Assembly (NCBI GenBank): GCA_023255095.1
Contig: JALRJJ010000095.1
Span: 1-25,122 of the forward strand
Direction of reading: 5' to 3'
Source of the DNA: a bacterium
Lineage (GTDB): Bacteria; Fidelibacterota; Marinisomatia; Marinisomatales; Marinisomataceae
DNA length: 25,122 nucleotides
Shown: positions 16,582-25,122 of the stretch, one piece after another
How positions within the stretch are numbered: the first letter of the stretch is position 1
Layout: the number at the start of each line of letters is the position of its first letter
Translations under genes and position numbers: made by a program
The notes under the pieces: generated by a model
Seen by the model: the letters and a program-made list of their open reading frames with translations, nothing else
Told to the model about the DNA's origin: nothing
Databases searched by the model: none

Positions 16582-17752
16582 TAAAAGTGACTCCAATTTT
16601 TTTTAGTCTTTGAACTAAAACATCGCCGAGACCTATTGATGGCGTGATAACACCCCCAAAGTTTTTTCCTCCCGGTAAAGAGTCTGGGTTTTCAAGAATT
16701 AAGCAAAGGGCGCTTTCACAGGCCATTCTTGATGTCATTTTGTATCCAGGGTCTCCGCTTGCGCTAACCATAAAAGCCCTGACTCTTTCGTCCGTTTCTA
16801 CCAAAAACCTTGTTTTAAAAAACCCCGAATCCATAACAGCCTTACTAGGGCCCTGGCCAGGTTTTCTGAAAAGCGGTCTGAAGAAACTTCTAAAAGGAGA
16901 AAAAATTATTAAACCCAAAAAAAGCGTCATAAGCGTTACTTTCCATGCGCTACTTAACTTCGAATAATATGCGCCCTCAGTATAAACAAAATCTTTTCCA
17001 TAGTATTTTCCCGTTTCTTTTGAAAGAGCAGCAGACCTTCTGACGGTTCTTGTGTTGGGGAGCGCCATCACAAATGGCCCCGTATATCCATTCAAATGTT
17101 TTATTTTTTTTACAGACACCTTATCAGATGTGTTATCTGCCTGATGTTTTGAAACTGTGTTTTGAGGGTTAAGAGAAAACCTTCCAAATCCACCCTTAGC
17201 AGACTTAGCTTCAACAGAGGTAAACATAGTTTCTATTGTGCCACCAGAGGCTTCTCCCTTCCATGAGTGAAAACCAGAAACTTTTTTAATCTTTTCCTTA
17301 ACGCTATTTACAGCAAAAAAGACCCCAATATCTGAAGGTATTGAGTCAAAGCCACAGGCATTGATAATTCTTACACCTCTTTTTGCTGCTTCCTCATGGT
17401 TTTTTTCAATCTGCTCCCTCACCCAAAAGCTTTCTCCTGTAATGTCAATATAATGAGTGTTTTCTTTTACACATGACTCCACTACAAGGGAACCATATTT
17501 ATAAAACGGGCCTGCAGTGTTTAAAATTACACTAGCGGATGCAGCCAAGAGCGCTAGTCCGTTTTTGTCTGTTGATTCAACAGTAAAATAGTCGATCGGC
17601 TTGTTATATTTTTCAGAAATAGCCCTCAGTTTATTTTCATTTCTACCGGCAATAGCAAAGTTAACATCAGGATAGTTTTTTTTGATGTAGTCAACACAAA
17701 GCCCGCCCGTGAACCCTGTAGCACCATAAATAATTAAATCAAAAGCTTTCAT
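16562..17752 (-). CDS. Saccharopine dehydrogenase-like / trans-acting enoyl reductase family oxidoreductase
   Basis: 396 aa. Rossmann motif IIYGATGFTG, AIAGRN, NTAGPF..YG..VV..C, YIDITGE, CGFDSIPSD, SGGT, DPGY..TS.M..E.ALCL. Confidence 0.88.
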   Translation of the reverse strand: MKAFDLIIYGATGFTGGLCVDYIKKNYPDVNFAIAGRNENKLRAISEKYNKPIDYFTVESTDKNGLALLAASASVILNTAGPFYKYGSLVVESCVKENTHYIDITGESFWVREQIEKNHEEAAKRGVRIINACGFDSIPSDIGVFFAVNSVKEKIKKVSGFHSWKGEASGGTIETMFTSVEAKSAKGGFGRFSLNPQNTVSKHQADNTSDKVSVKKIKHLNGYTGPFVMALPNTRTVRRSAALSKETGKYYGKDFVYTEGAYYSKLSSAWKVTLMTLFLGLIIFSPFRSFFRPLFRKPGQGPSKAVMDSGFFKTRFLVETDERVRAFMVSASGDPGYKMTSRMACESALCLILENPDSLPGGKNFGGVITPSIGLGDVLVQRLKKIGVTFNEIMLD

Positions 17753-17833
17753 TAGAAATTATGTTTATATACAATTAAATATTTATTATTTTAGTCAGCA
17801 CAACCAAAAATATACTCAATTTAAGGAGAGGGA

Positions 17834-18952
17834 ATGAAAAAAACATTTTTATTGTTTGTACTTTTTCTTGCTGCATGTTCCAGCAATGTTTATGAAGATC
17901 AGGTGGTAACTAAAGAAGATGGAAAAGCTTACTTAATAAGCAATGATAAGCTTTATTCCGGACCAATTGTTGACGAGAATGGAACGGTTGTTGGAGAATA
18001 TAAAGCTGGAATCAAAAACGGTCCATGGGATGAAAAAAATTATAATAACGGAACACGAAAAATTGCCAACTATGTTAATGGAGTTCCCGAGGGAGAGCAA
18101 ATCACATATATATTTCCAGGAGCCACCGATAACAACAAAAGACTAGAATATATAAGATACGAAAACGGAAAACCTGTCGGGACCTGGACAAAATGGGGCA
18201 AAGACAAACAAAATAAACTAATTAAAACTGGAGAAATAGTTTTTGAGGAAGGATCTGGTAGGTGGAGAGAGTGGGATCCAAACACCCTGGTTATTACAAG
18301 AGCCGGAGATTATGAAAACTGGGAAAGAACCGGAACGTGGAAAAGCTGGGACCCGAATGAAGTAATTGTCAGTGAGGGAGAATATGTTGATGGAAAAAAA
18401 ACTGGTAAGTGGGTCTGGTTTGAAAACGGCGAACCAAAAGGCTGGGAAGAAAACTATGAGAGCGGCACATTAAACGGAAACTTTTTTAATCTTTCCCCTT
18501 TTTCTGAGATGCGAGGAAAAGGTGAATTTAATTCTGGCATTAAAAATGGCGAGTGGGAGGAGTATTATACTCAAAAAGACCGCTCTTTAGAGTTAAAACA
18601 AAAAGGCACATATGTTGAAGGTGTAAAACAAGGGATTTGGTCTCTTTATGCAAAAAATGGTAGAAGAATTGCTGAAGGAACATATGAAAATAACCAAAAA
18701 AATGGAACCTGGACAGAAGGGCAAGACATAGACTTTGGATCTCGTTTTTATGGTAAAGGCACATACTCTTCAGATAAAAAAAATGGACCATGGAAATATG
18801 TTGCTCCAAGACAAAACCCAATTATTGATGGCAGCTTTACAGATGGAGAGCCTTCCGGAGAATGGAAGGTTGTTTATAATGGCCAAGAGCACGTTGGAAC
18901 CCTTGAAGACTTGCTGAATAAAATTCCCAAGCTCAAAGAATACAAATTTTAA
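17834..18952 (+). CDS. MORN-variant repeat lipoprotein (family often labelled YwqK-like)
   Basis: 372 aa. Lipobox LAAC; many imperfect repeats of G.Y..G.K.G.W...; AAGGAG RBS at 17823-17828. Confidence 0.8.
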   Translation: MKKTFLLFVLFLAACSSNVYEDQVVTKEDGKAYLISNDKLYSGPIVDENGTVVGEYKAGIKNGPWDEKNYNNGTRKIANYVNGVPEGEQITYIFPGATDNNKRLEYIRYENGKPVGTWTKWGKDKQNKLIKTGEIVFEEGSGRWREWDPNTLVITRAGDYENWERTGTWKSWDPNEVIVSEGEYVDGKKTGKWVWFENGEPKGWEENYESGTLNGNFFNLSPFSEMRGKGEFNSGIKNGEWEEYYTQKDRSLELKQKGTYVEGVKQGIWSLYAKNGRRIAEGTYENNQKNGTWTEGQDIDFGSRFYGKGTYSSDKKNGPWKYVAPRQNPIIDGSFTDGEPSGEWKVVYNGQEHVGTLEDLLNKIPKLKEYKF

Positions 18953-18958
18953 TTTTTT

Positions 18959-19642
18959 GTGATCGCAATATCGCCATATGACTTGATTGTTAGGTCGTCA
19001 AGATGGACTGGGTTTAAAAACACTTACGCAAAAGCAATTCTGAATGCTGGAGGTTCCCCCTTTTTACTTTCACAAACCTTTTCAAAAAAATATATTCAAG
19101 AAGTCGTTTCTTTATCAAAAGGGATTTTAATGGTGGGGGGTCCAGACGTTCCGCCAGAAAAATATAGTTCTAGCAAACCCCACTTAATTTCGCATAAAAT
19201 GTCCACAGAAAGGTTTAATTTTGACTCAGCGCTTTTTGATGAAGCAATTAGGCAGAACAAAAAGGTGTTAGCCATATGTGCAAGCATGCAACTAATTAAT
19301 GTTTATAGGGGTGGAACACTTTATGAGGACATTAATAGGCTTTTCAAAAACAATTTAAATCATGGTGTTTTTAGAGGAAAAGCCTCTGAACACTCTGTTA
19401 AAATCAACAAAGACTCTCTTTTATACCAAATAGTCAAAAAGGACAATATATATATTAAGTCTAGCCATCACCAGTGTATCAAAAAAGTTGGAGATGGAAT
19501 TAAAATAACTGGCAATTCAGAAGACGGAATGATTGAAAGTTTTGAACTTAACGGGTATGAAGGTTTAATAGCGGTTCAGTGGCACCCAGAAATAACAGAC
19601 GGGGAAGAATCAAAAAAACTATTTAAGTGGTTAGTGGAATGA
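18959..19642 (+). CDS. Peptidase C26 / gamma-glutamyl-gamma-aminobutyrate hydrolase family (class I glutamine amidotransferase fold)
   Basis: 227 aa. 'AGG.P', 'GGPDVPPEKY', nucleophile 'AICASMQ', 'SSHHQ', 'VQWHPE'. Confidence 0.85.
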   Translation: MIAISPYDLIVRSSRWTGFKNTYAKAILNAGGSPFLLSQTFSKKYIQEVVSLSKGILMVGGPDVPPEKYSSSKPHLISHKMSTERFNFDSALFDEAIRQNKKVLAICASMQLINVYRGGTLYEDINRLFKNNLNHGVFRGKASEHSVKINKDSLLYQIVKKDNIYIKSSHHQCIKKVGDGIKITGNSEDGMIESFELNGYEGLIAVQWHPEITDGEESKKLFKWLVE

Positions 19643-19965
19643 TTAAAATATTTGCAGGAATATTGGGAATTTTTGGGCTTTTAAATTTAAACGATCCAGA
19701 CTGGTATGTTTGGACCCCCCTTTATTTACAGCCAGTTTTTATTTTTTCTTTTTATAAAATTTTTCCCACACTAAAAGCGGCTAAAATAAGCACAATGTGC
19801 ATACTTGTTTTTTTAATTTTTTCGATTTTTGGCGTTCAGATCCACGAAAACCAAGAAATAAATAAAATGGCAGGAATGTCTGAAATCGAAAGAGAGCATT
19901 TGGGTGTGGCGCTTGTTCTTTTTTGGAACTTTTTCTTTTTAAATTCTCAAAAAATAAAAAATTAA
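19639..19965 (+). CDS. TMEM220-like small membrane protein
   Basis: Hydrophobic protein of about 108 aa with 'LNDPDWYVW' and 'EIEREHLGVALV', matching the NDPD and E..RE..G motifs of the TMEM220 family. ATG 19639 forms an ATGA overlap with the upstream stop. Confidence 0.6.
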   Translation: MIKIFAGILGIFGLLNLNDPDWYVWTPLYLQPVFIFSFYKIFPTLKAAKISTMCILVFLIFSIFGVQIHENQEINKMAGMSEIEREHLGVALVLFWNFFFLNSQKIKN

Positions 19966-19998
19966 AGATTAGAAAGTTTTTTATGATAAAAAGAGGGG

Positions 19999-21081
19999 AT
20001 GATGAGTAAGAAAAATCTTTTAGGTTATTCACAAGCCGAGCTAGAGAAATTTTTTCTAGAAATAAATGAACCCTCTTTTAGGGCAAAACAACTATTAAAA
20101 TGGGTACACCAAAAAGGAGAACTAGATTTTGACAAAATGAGCAATTTTAATAAAAAGTTAATTTCAAAAATGAAAGAAGTTGCCACGCTCGTTACGCCCA
20201 AAGTAGAAAAAGTTTTACAGTCTGAAGATGGAACAAAAAAATACCTAATTAATCTGAGTTCTGGTTCATCAATAGAAATGGTTAGAATCCCAGAAAATAA
20301 GCGTATCACTTTATGTATTTCATCTCAAGCAGGCTGTGCACTTCAATGTACCTTTTGTGCTACGGGAGCGCAGGGATTCGAAAAGAATCTTAGCCCAGAT
20401 GAAATTGTTGGTCAGCTATGGTTGGCAAATTTTTATGATAGAAAAGATCCCCCCATAACAAATGTGGTGTTTATGGGCATGGGAGAACCCCTTTTAAATT
20501 TTGAGCCAGTTATTTCTTCTGCAAGCATAATGCGTAATGAGTTTGCATATTTTTTATCAAAAAAAAGAATAACCATAAGCACATCAGGGTTGATCCCCCA
20601 GATTAATAAGCTTGCAAGCAGAACCGATGTTTCACTTGCCGTTTCTTTGCACGCCCCTGATAATGCATTAAGAGACATTATTGTTCCTATAAATAGAATA
20701 TATCCTATTGATAGTTTGCTGAACGCCTGTAAAAACTATTTATCTATTCAAAAAGACGGTCGTTTTCTAACAATTGAATATATTTTAATTAATGAAATAA
20801 ACGACTCTTTAGAGCACGCAAAAAGTTTGTCAAAAATCTTAGCGGAACTGACCTGCAAAATCAACCTAATTCCTTTTAACCCCTTTGAAGGGTGCGAGTA
20901 TGCACGTTCAAAAGACGAAAACATTGAATTGTTTAAAAGCTATTTATTGAAAAAGGGGTTTACTGTTACGGTCCGATCAACAAGAGGCGGCGACATAGAT
21001 GGTGCCTGTGGGCAGCTTGTGGGAAATCTAAAAAAAACCACCCAGGTAAAAAAAATTACCAGTCGAAAGTTTGTCGCTTGA
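19999..21081 (+). CDS. rlmN: 23S rRNA m2A2503 / tRNA m2A37 radical SAM methyltransferase
   Basis: 360 aa. Motifs CISSQAGCALQCTFC (CxxxCxxC), MGMGEP, ISTSG, SLHAP, NLIPFNP and C-terminal ACGQL. Confidence 0.95.
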   Translation: MMSKKNLLGYSQAELEKFFLEINEPSFRAKQLLKWVHQKGELDFDKMSNFNKKLISKMKEVATLVTPKVEKVLQSEDGTKKYLINLSSGSSIEMVRIPENKRITLCISSQAGCALQCTFCATGAQGFEKNLSPDEIVGQLWLANFYDRKDPPITNVVFMGMGEPLLNFEPVISSASIMRNEFAYFLSKKRITISTSGLIPQINKLASRTDVSLAVSLHAPDNALRDIIVPINRIYPIDSLLNACKNYLSIQKDGRFLTIEYILINEINDSLEHAKSLSKILAELTCKINLIPFNPFEGCEYARSKDENIELFKSYLLKKGFTVTVRSTRGGDIDGACGQLVGNLKKTTQVKKITSRKFVA

Positions 21082-21217
21082 GAAATATGAATGAAGTCCC
21101 AACGGCTTTTTGTTATTTTTCTATAAAATATTTTTTATAATCTCCGAAAAAATAACACCAAAGTCCTTTGCCTTTAATAAATTTAACTTATAAAATATCA
21201 ATCGTTATTTAAGTTCA

Positions 21218-21880
21218 ATGAAAATTTTTAAAGCTCTTAACACTTCTGTAGGAAAAAAAATAGCCATGGCAATCACCGGATTAAGCTTGGCACTTTTTAT
21301 GGTATTTCACCTAATCGGAAACCTTAATCTTTTTTTGGGGCCAGAGGCTTTTAATGGTTATGTTTTAAAATTAAAAAAATTAGGTTTTTTAATAAGAATA
21401 GCTGAGGCGGGGCTACTATCTTTTGTTTTGATTCATGTTTATAGCGGCATAGTGCTGTGGCTAAAAAATAAACGTGCTATTTCAAAAACCCCATCCTATA
21501 GTATTACATCCACACCCAGAGCATCTAGATATACCCTACTGACTGGAAGCTTTGTTTTTATTTTTCTAGTGATGCACTGGTCAACTTTTTGGTATAAGTT
21601 TAATTTCAGCAAGGGAAACAAAACGTATTACGAGATTGTTTTGGGCCCAGAAGTGGGCTTTGGAAACATTTATTATACCCTTTTTTACATTATTGCTATT
21701 GGCCTTTTAGGCTATCACCTAAAGCACGGGTTTGACTCTGCAGGGCAAACGCTTGCAATTAAAGGAACAAAATATGAAAAAACCTATTATAGTTTAGCTG
21801 CAGTTTTTTGGTTTTGGATTCCTTTTGGGTTTATATCAATCCCCGTTTATTTTGGAATCATTTTAAGGTTGTTGGGCTAA
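21218..21880 (+). CDS. sdhC: Succinate dehydrogenase/fumarate reductase cytochrome b subunit (single large anchor, type B)
   Basis: 220 aa with about 5 TMs. '[12 protein letters not shown]', candidate heme His residues in FHLIGN, IHVYSG, MHWSTF and YHLKHG; lies directly upstream of sdhA. Confidence 0.9.
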   Translation: MKIFKALNTSVGKKIAMAITGLSLALFMVFHLIGNLNLFLGPEAFNGYVLKLKKLGFLIRIAEAGLLSFVLIHVYSGIVLWLKNKRAISKTPSYSITSTPRASRYTLLTGSFVFIFLVMHWSTFWYKFNFSKGNKTYYEIVLGPEVGFGNIYYTLFYIIAIGLLGYHLKHGFDSAGQTLAIKGTKYEKTYYSLAAVFWFWIPFGFISIPVYFGIILRLLG

Positions 21881-21881
21881 A

Positions 21882-23813
21882 GTGAATCAGTTTAACCAAC
21901 AATTAAATTCAGGTGCCCCGAACAAAGAATTGCATAGATGTTGGCAAGAACAGCTTAAGTCTTATAAGAAGCTTAACCCAGATCAAGCGAACTCCTACCG
22001 AGCAATTGTAGTGGGGACTGGATTGGCAGGCGCCTCAGCTTCTGCGACTCTAGCGGAAATGGGATTTAATGTTAAGGCTTTTTCTTATCATGAGTCTCCA
22101 AGAAGAGCGCATAGTATTGCTGCACAAGGAGGTATTAATGCTGCAAAAAACTATAAGAAAGATGGAGACAGTACAATGCGTCTTTTTTATGACACAATTA
22201 AGGGTGGGGATTTTCGGTCAAGGGAAGAAAACGTTTACCGGTTAGCAGAAATAAGCAAAAACATTATTGATCAATGCGTTGCCCAGGGCGTACCGTTTGC
22301 AAGAGAGTATTCTGGATATCTTGATAATAGGTCTTTTGGGGGCGTTCAGGTTTCTAGGACATTTTATGCCAGAGGTCAAACAGGACAACAGCTTTTACTT
22401 GGAGCTTATTCTGCTCTTAGCAGACAACAAAACAAAGGAAAAGTTCAGTTTTTTCAAAGAGAAGACATGCTTGATATAGTGGTAGATAATGGCAAGGCAA
22501 AAGGAATTATTGCTCGAAATTTGATATCAGGTAAAGTGCAGGCGCACGCAGCCGATGTAGTTATTTTGGCTACCGGCGGATATTCTAATGTTTACTATTT
22601 ATCAACAAACGCTATGGCAAGCAATGTTACCGCTAATTGGAGAGCACACAAAAATGGAGCCTTTTTTGCAAACCCAAGTTTTACACAAATTCACCCAACC
22701 TGCATACCGGTTAAAAACAATTTTCAATCAAAACTAACCTTGATGAGTGAAAGCCTTAGAAATCATGGAAGAGTTTGGGTGCCCAAGAAAAAAAGTGACT
22801 CCAGACATCCAGCTGAAATACCAGAAGAAGAAAGAGACTACTATCTCGAAAGAATATATCCTGCTTTTGGAAACCTTGTTCCAAGAGATGTTGCAAGCAG
22901 GAGAGCAAAAGAGGTTTGCGATGAGGGTAGGGGGGTTGGTAAAACCGGACTAGCAGTTTATCTAGACTTTAAAAAAGCAATCGAAGATCACGGAGAAAAA
23001 TTTATTAAAGAAAAGTATGGAAATCTTTTTGATATGTATCAAAATATAACAAATGAAAATCCATATAAAACCCCCATGAAAATTTATCCAGCCGTTCACT
23101 ATACTATGGGAGGTCTTTGGGTTGACTATAATCTTATGACCACAATTGAAGGGTTGTTTTCAATTGGAGAAAGCAACTTTTCAGACCATGGAGCAAACAG
23201 GTTGGGGGCAAGCGCATTGATGCAGGGATTAGCAGACGGATATTTTGTAGCTCCACATTCAGTAATGAATTATCTTGCAAGTAATAGTCCTGACAACAAT
23301 GAAAAGATGTTAGAAAGAGAAGCGTTTGCGCAAAAAATAATAGAAGTAGAAAAAAACATTTTGGACATTATGAATGTTCAGGGAGATTTAACGGTTGATG
23401 AAATTCATAGAGAGCTAGGAAAGGTCGTTTGGGATAATATTGGAATGTCACGAAGTGAAAAAGGATTACGAGAAGCGTTGGAGATTATACCTCAAATTAG
23501 AGAAAAATTTAATACGCGCTTAATGGTTCCTGGTGATAAAAATGGACCAAACCCTGAGCTTGAAAAAGCTTTGAGGCTTAAAGATTTTATTGAGCTAGCA
23601 GAGCTTATGGCTCTAGACGCTCTTGACAGAAAAGAGTCTTGCGGTGCACACTTTAGGGAAGAGTATCAAACCGAAGAAAATGAGGCTAAAAGAAATGATT
23701 CTGAATACGCATATGTAGCAGCTTGGGAGCACCAAAAAGATGGGCGCCCATGTCTCCACAAAGAAACACTTAGATTCCAAAACGTAAAACTAAAAACAAG
23801 AAGCTATAAATAA
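21882..23813 (+). CDS. sdhA: Succinate dehydrogenase/fumarate reductase flavoprotein subunit
   Basis: 643 aa, GTG start. VVGTGLAG, covalent-FAD motif [45 protein letters not shown]. Confidence 0.96.
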   Translation: MNQFNQQLNSGAPNKELHRCWQEQLKSYKKLNPDQANSYRAIVVGTGLAGASASATLAEMGFNVKAFSYHESPRRAHSIAAQGGINAAKNYKKDGDSTMRLFYDTIKGGDFRSREENVYRLAEISKNIIDQCVAQGVPFAREYSGYLDNRSFGGVQVSRTFYARGQTGQQLLLGAYSALSRQQNKGKVQFFQREDMLDIVVDNGKAKGIIARNLISGKVQAHAADVVILATGGYSNVYYLSTNAMASNVTANWRAHKNGAFFANPSFTQIHPTCIPVKNNFQSKLTLMSESLRNHGRVWVPKKKSDSRHPAEIPEEERDYYLERIYPAFGNLVPRDVASRRAKEVCDEGRGVGKTGLAVYLDFKKAIEDHGEKFIKEKYGNLFDMYQNITNENPYKTPMKIYPAVHYTMGGLWVDYNLMTTIEGLFSIGESNFSDHGANRLGASALMQGLADGYFVAPHSVMNYLASNSPDNNEKMLEREAFAQKIIEVEKNILDIMNVQGDLTVDEIHRELGKVVWDNIGMSRSEKGLREALEIIPQIREKFNTRLMVPGDKNGPNPELEKALRLKDFIELAELMALDALDRKESCGAHFREEYQTEENEAKRNDSEYAYVAAWEHQKDGRPCLHKETLRFQNVKLKTRSYK

Positions 23814-24553
23814 TGAATATTAATTTAAACATCTGGAGACAGACCAAAGAAAGTACAGCTGGTAAATTTGTTCGTTATCGTTTAGAAAACATCGATCCCA
23901 ACATTTCTTTTTTAGAGATGTTAGACATATTAAACAATAAGCTGATAAAAGAAAAACAAGAACCGGTTGTTTTTGATCATGATTGTCGCGAAGGAATTTG
24001 TGGGTCTTGCGGATTTATGATAAACGGTCAACCTCATGGTCCGCAAAAGGCTACTACCGTTTGTCAGCTTCATATGAGGGCCTTTCAAAACGAAGATGAG
24101 TTGACTTTGGAACCTTTCAGGGCAGCCTCTTTTCCAGTGATTAAAGATCTTTCGGTAGACAGAAGATCTTTTGATAGAATTATTTTGTCTGGGGGCTATG
24201 TTGATATTAACACGGGAGAAGCTCCGGAAGCAAATCTTATAAAAGTACCCAAAACAAATGCAGATGAGGCTTTTTTATCTGCTGCGTGCATAGGGTGTGG
24301 AGCATGTGTTGCAGCATGTAAAAACTCCTCTGCCATGCTATTTACATCATCGAAAATTTCTCACCTCTCTTTATTGCCCCAAGGAAAAAAAGAGGCAAAA
24401 GAAAGAGTTTTGAAAATGGTTGCAACAATGGACGATGAGGGGTTTGGGTCTTGTACAAACACAGGGGCCTGTTCCGCTGAATGTCCAAAAGAAATTTCGC
24501 AAGCAAATATTGTAAGGCTTAATAAAGAATTAATTAAGTCTGTGATAGACTAA
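23813..24553 (+). CDS. sdhB: Succinate dehydrogenase/fumarate reductase iron-sulfur subunit
   Basis: 246 aa. Cys clusters CREGICGSC...[12 protein letters not shown] and [12 protein letters not shown]. Confidence 0.96.
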   Translation: MNINLNIWRQTKESTAGKFVRYRLENIDPNISFLEMLDILNNKLIKEKQEPVVFDHDCREGICGSCGFMINGQPHGPQKATTVCQLHMRAFQNEDELTLEPFRAASFPVIKDLSVDRRSFDRIILSGGYVDINTGEAPEANLIKVPKTNADEAFLSAACIGCGACVAACKNSSAMLFTSSKISHLSLLPQGKKEAKERVLKMVATMDDEGFGSCTNTGACSAECPKEISQANIVRLNKELIKSVID

Positions 24554-24556
24554 TTT

Positions 24557-25122
24557 TTAGTTCTGAAGCTTAAAGTTAATTGGTATAGTAATCCAAACCC
24601 CGACAGCTCTTTCTCTTTGCTTTGCAGGTCTAAATCTCGTTTTGCGAAGAGCTTCTTCAGCGGCCTCATTTAGACCGGTGTTTGGTATACCCTTAAGAAT
24701 AATGGTTTCCTTAACGCGACCTTTTTCATCAATAAAGCACTGAACCAACACCTGACCCTCAATACCAGCCTCCTGTGCAATGTCTGGATAGACGGGTTTA
24801 ATAGGGAAAAGTGGCCTTGGGGGGTCATCGTAGGGGATAAATTTGACCTGTGGACCAGTTGGCGGTGGCGGCGGAGCATCCCAAGCATCAAAATTGTCTA
24901 AATCGGTTTCTTCAATTGTCAAATCATCAGCAAGATCCTCGTCTTCTGATTCAACTGGAACAGATGGTCTCGCTGGAGGGGGAGGGGTATCAAACTGTTG
25001 AGTTTCTGGGATCTCTATATTTTCAATAATTATTTGGCTTTCAGTTTCGATCTGAATATTATTTTCAAATCTTTGAAGGCTATAAAATCCGAGCAATAAA
25101 AAAATAGAAGCAATTAAAACCC
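24557..25122 (-). CDS. tonB: Energy transducer TonB, 5'-truncated by the window end
   Basis: Pro-rich linker (TPPPPARP, APPPPPTGP) and TonB C-domain (YPDIAQEAGIEGQV...FIDEKG.V...RFRPAKQ...V...IPINF). The frame stays open beyond the ORF-track TTG at 25096, reading GVLIASIFLLLGFY (TM anchor) to the window edge. Confidence 0.88.
   Translation of the reverse strand, partial: VLIASIFLLLGFYSLQRFENNIQIETESQIIIENIEIPETQQFDTPPPPARPSVPVESEDEDLADDLTIEETDLDNFDAWDAPPPPPTGPQVKFIPYDDPPRPLFPIKPVYPDIAQEAGIEGQVLVQCFIDEKGRVKETIILKGIPNTGLNEAAEEALRKTRFRPAKQRERAVGVWITIPINFKLQN

Noticed and set aside
17900-18900. Repetitive signal in the MORN gene as a DNA repeat array or CRISPR
   Set aside because: The repeats are degenerate and exist at the protein level; there are no identical DNA repeats with spacers and no cas genes.
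13193-23813. Putrescine/GABA catabolic cluster (ALDH + PuuD-like + Sdh)
   Set aside because: The genes are dispersed on different strands, the ALDH is ALDH3-like rather than PuuC-like, and no puuA/puuB/puuE or gabT is present.
683-24891. Short alternative-frame and antisense ORFs (e.g. 683-997, 5077-5406, 11779-12078, 16644-16967, 18540-18821, 20025-20309, 24670-24891)
   Set aside because: They lie wholly within or opposite well-supported genes, have no recognisable motifs, and are expected shadow ORFs.
8400-25122. M16 peptidase plus TonB as a FusC/PqqL-like protein-import system
   Set aside because: They are about 13 kb apart on opposite strands and no TonB-dependent receptor is visible in the window.

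Overview
An AT-rich, tightly packed bacterial chromosome segment that appears to contain the replication origin. An FCB-superphylum marine lineage such as Marinisomatota is my inference from the short GyrB, the three-subunit Sdh and the 'LFAQ'-type signal peptides; it is not verified. Gene order: a ~0.2 kb fragment of red-lineage plastid-type atpI (minus strand, probably a chimeric contig end); surA-like parvulin; an intergenic oriC candidate with DnaA boxes, a GGCCC spacer and DnaA-trios but no adjacent dnaA; a ~9.8 kb co-oriented run dnaN-gyrB-gyrA-yggS-ICMT-family-M16 peptidase-DHFR-family; then DMT transporter, mltB, aldehyde dehydrogenase, Smr protein, DUF885-like protein, saccharopine-dehydrogenase-like oxidoreductase, MORN-repeat lipoprotein, C26 hydrolase, TMEM220-like protein, rlmN, sdhCAB and a truncated tonB. 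I saw no rRNA, tRNA, CRISPR array or mobile element. The most notable observations are the dnaA-less origin with B. subtilis-like unwinding architecture, a steep GC3 gradient rising away from it, and the plastid atpI fragment with an in-frame TGA at a conserved Gly. I found no clear new multi-gene system. All family calls come from motif recognition, not database searches.
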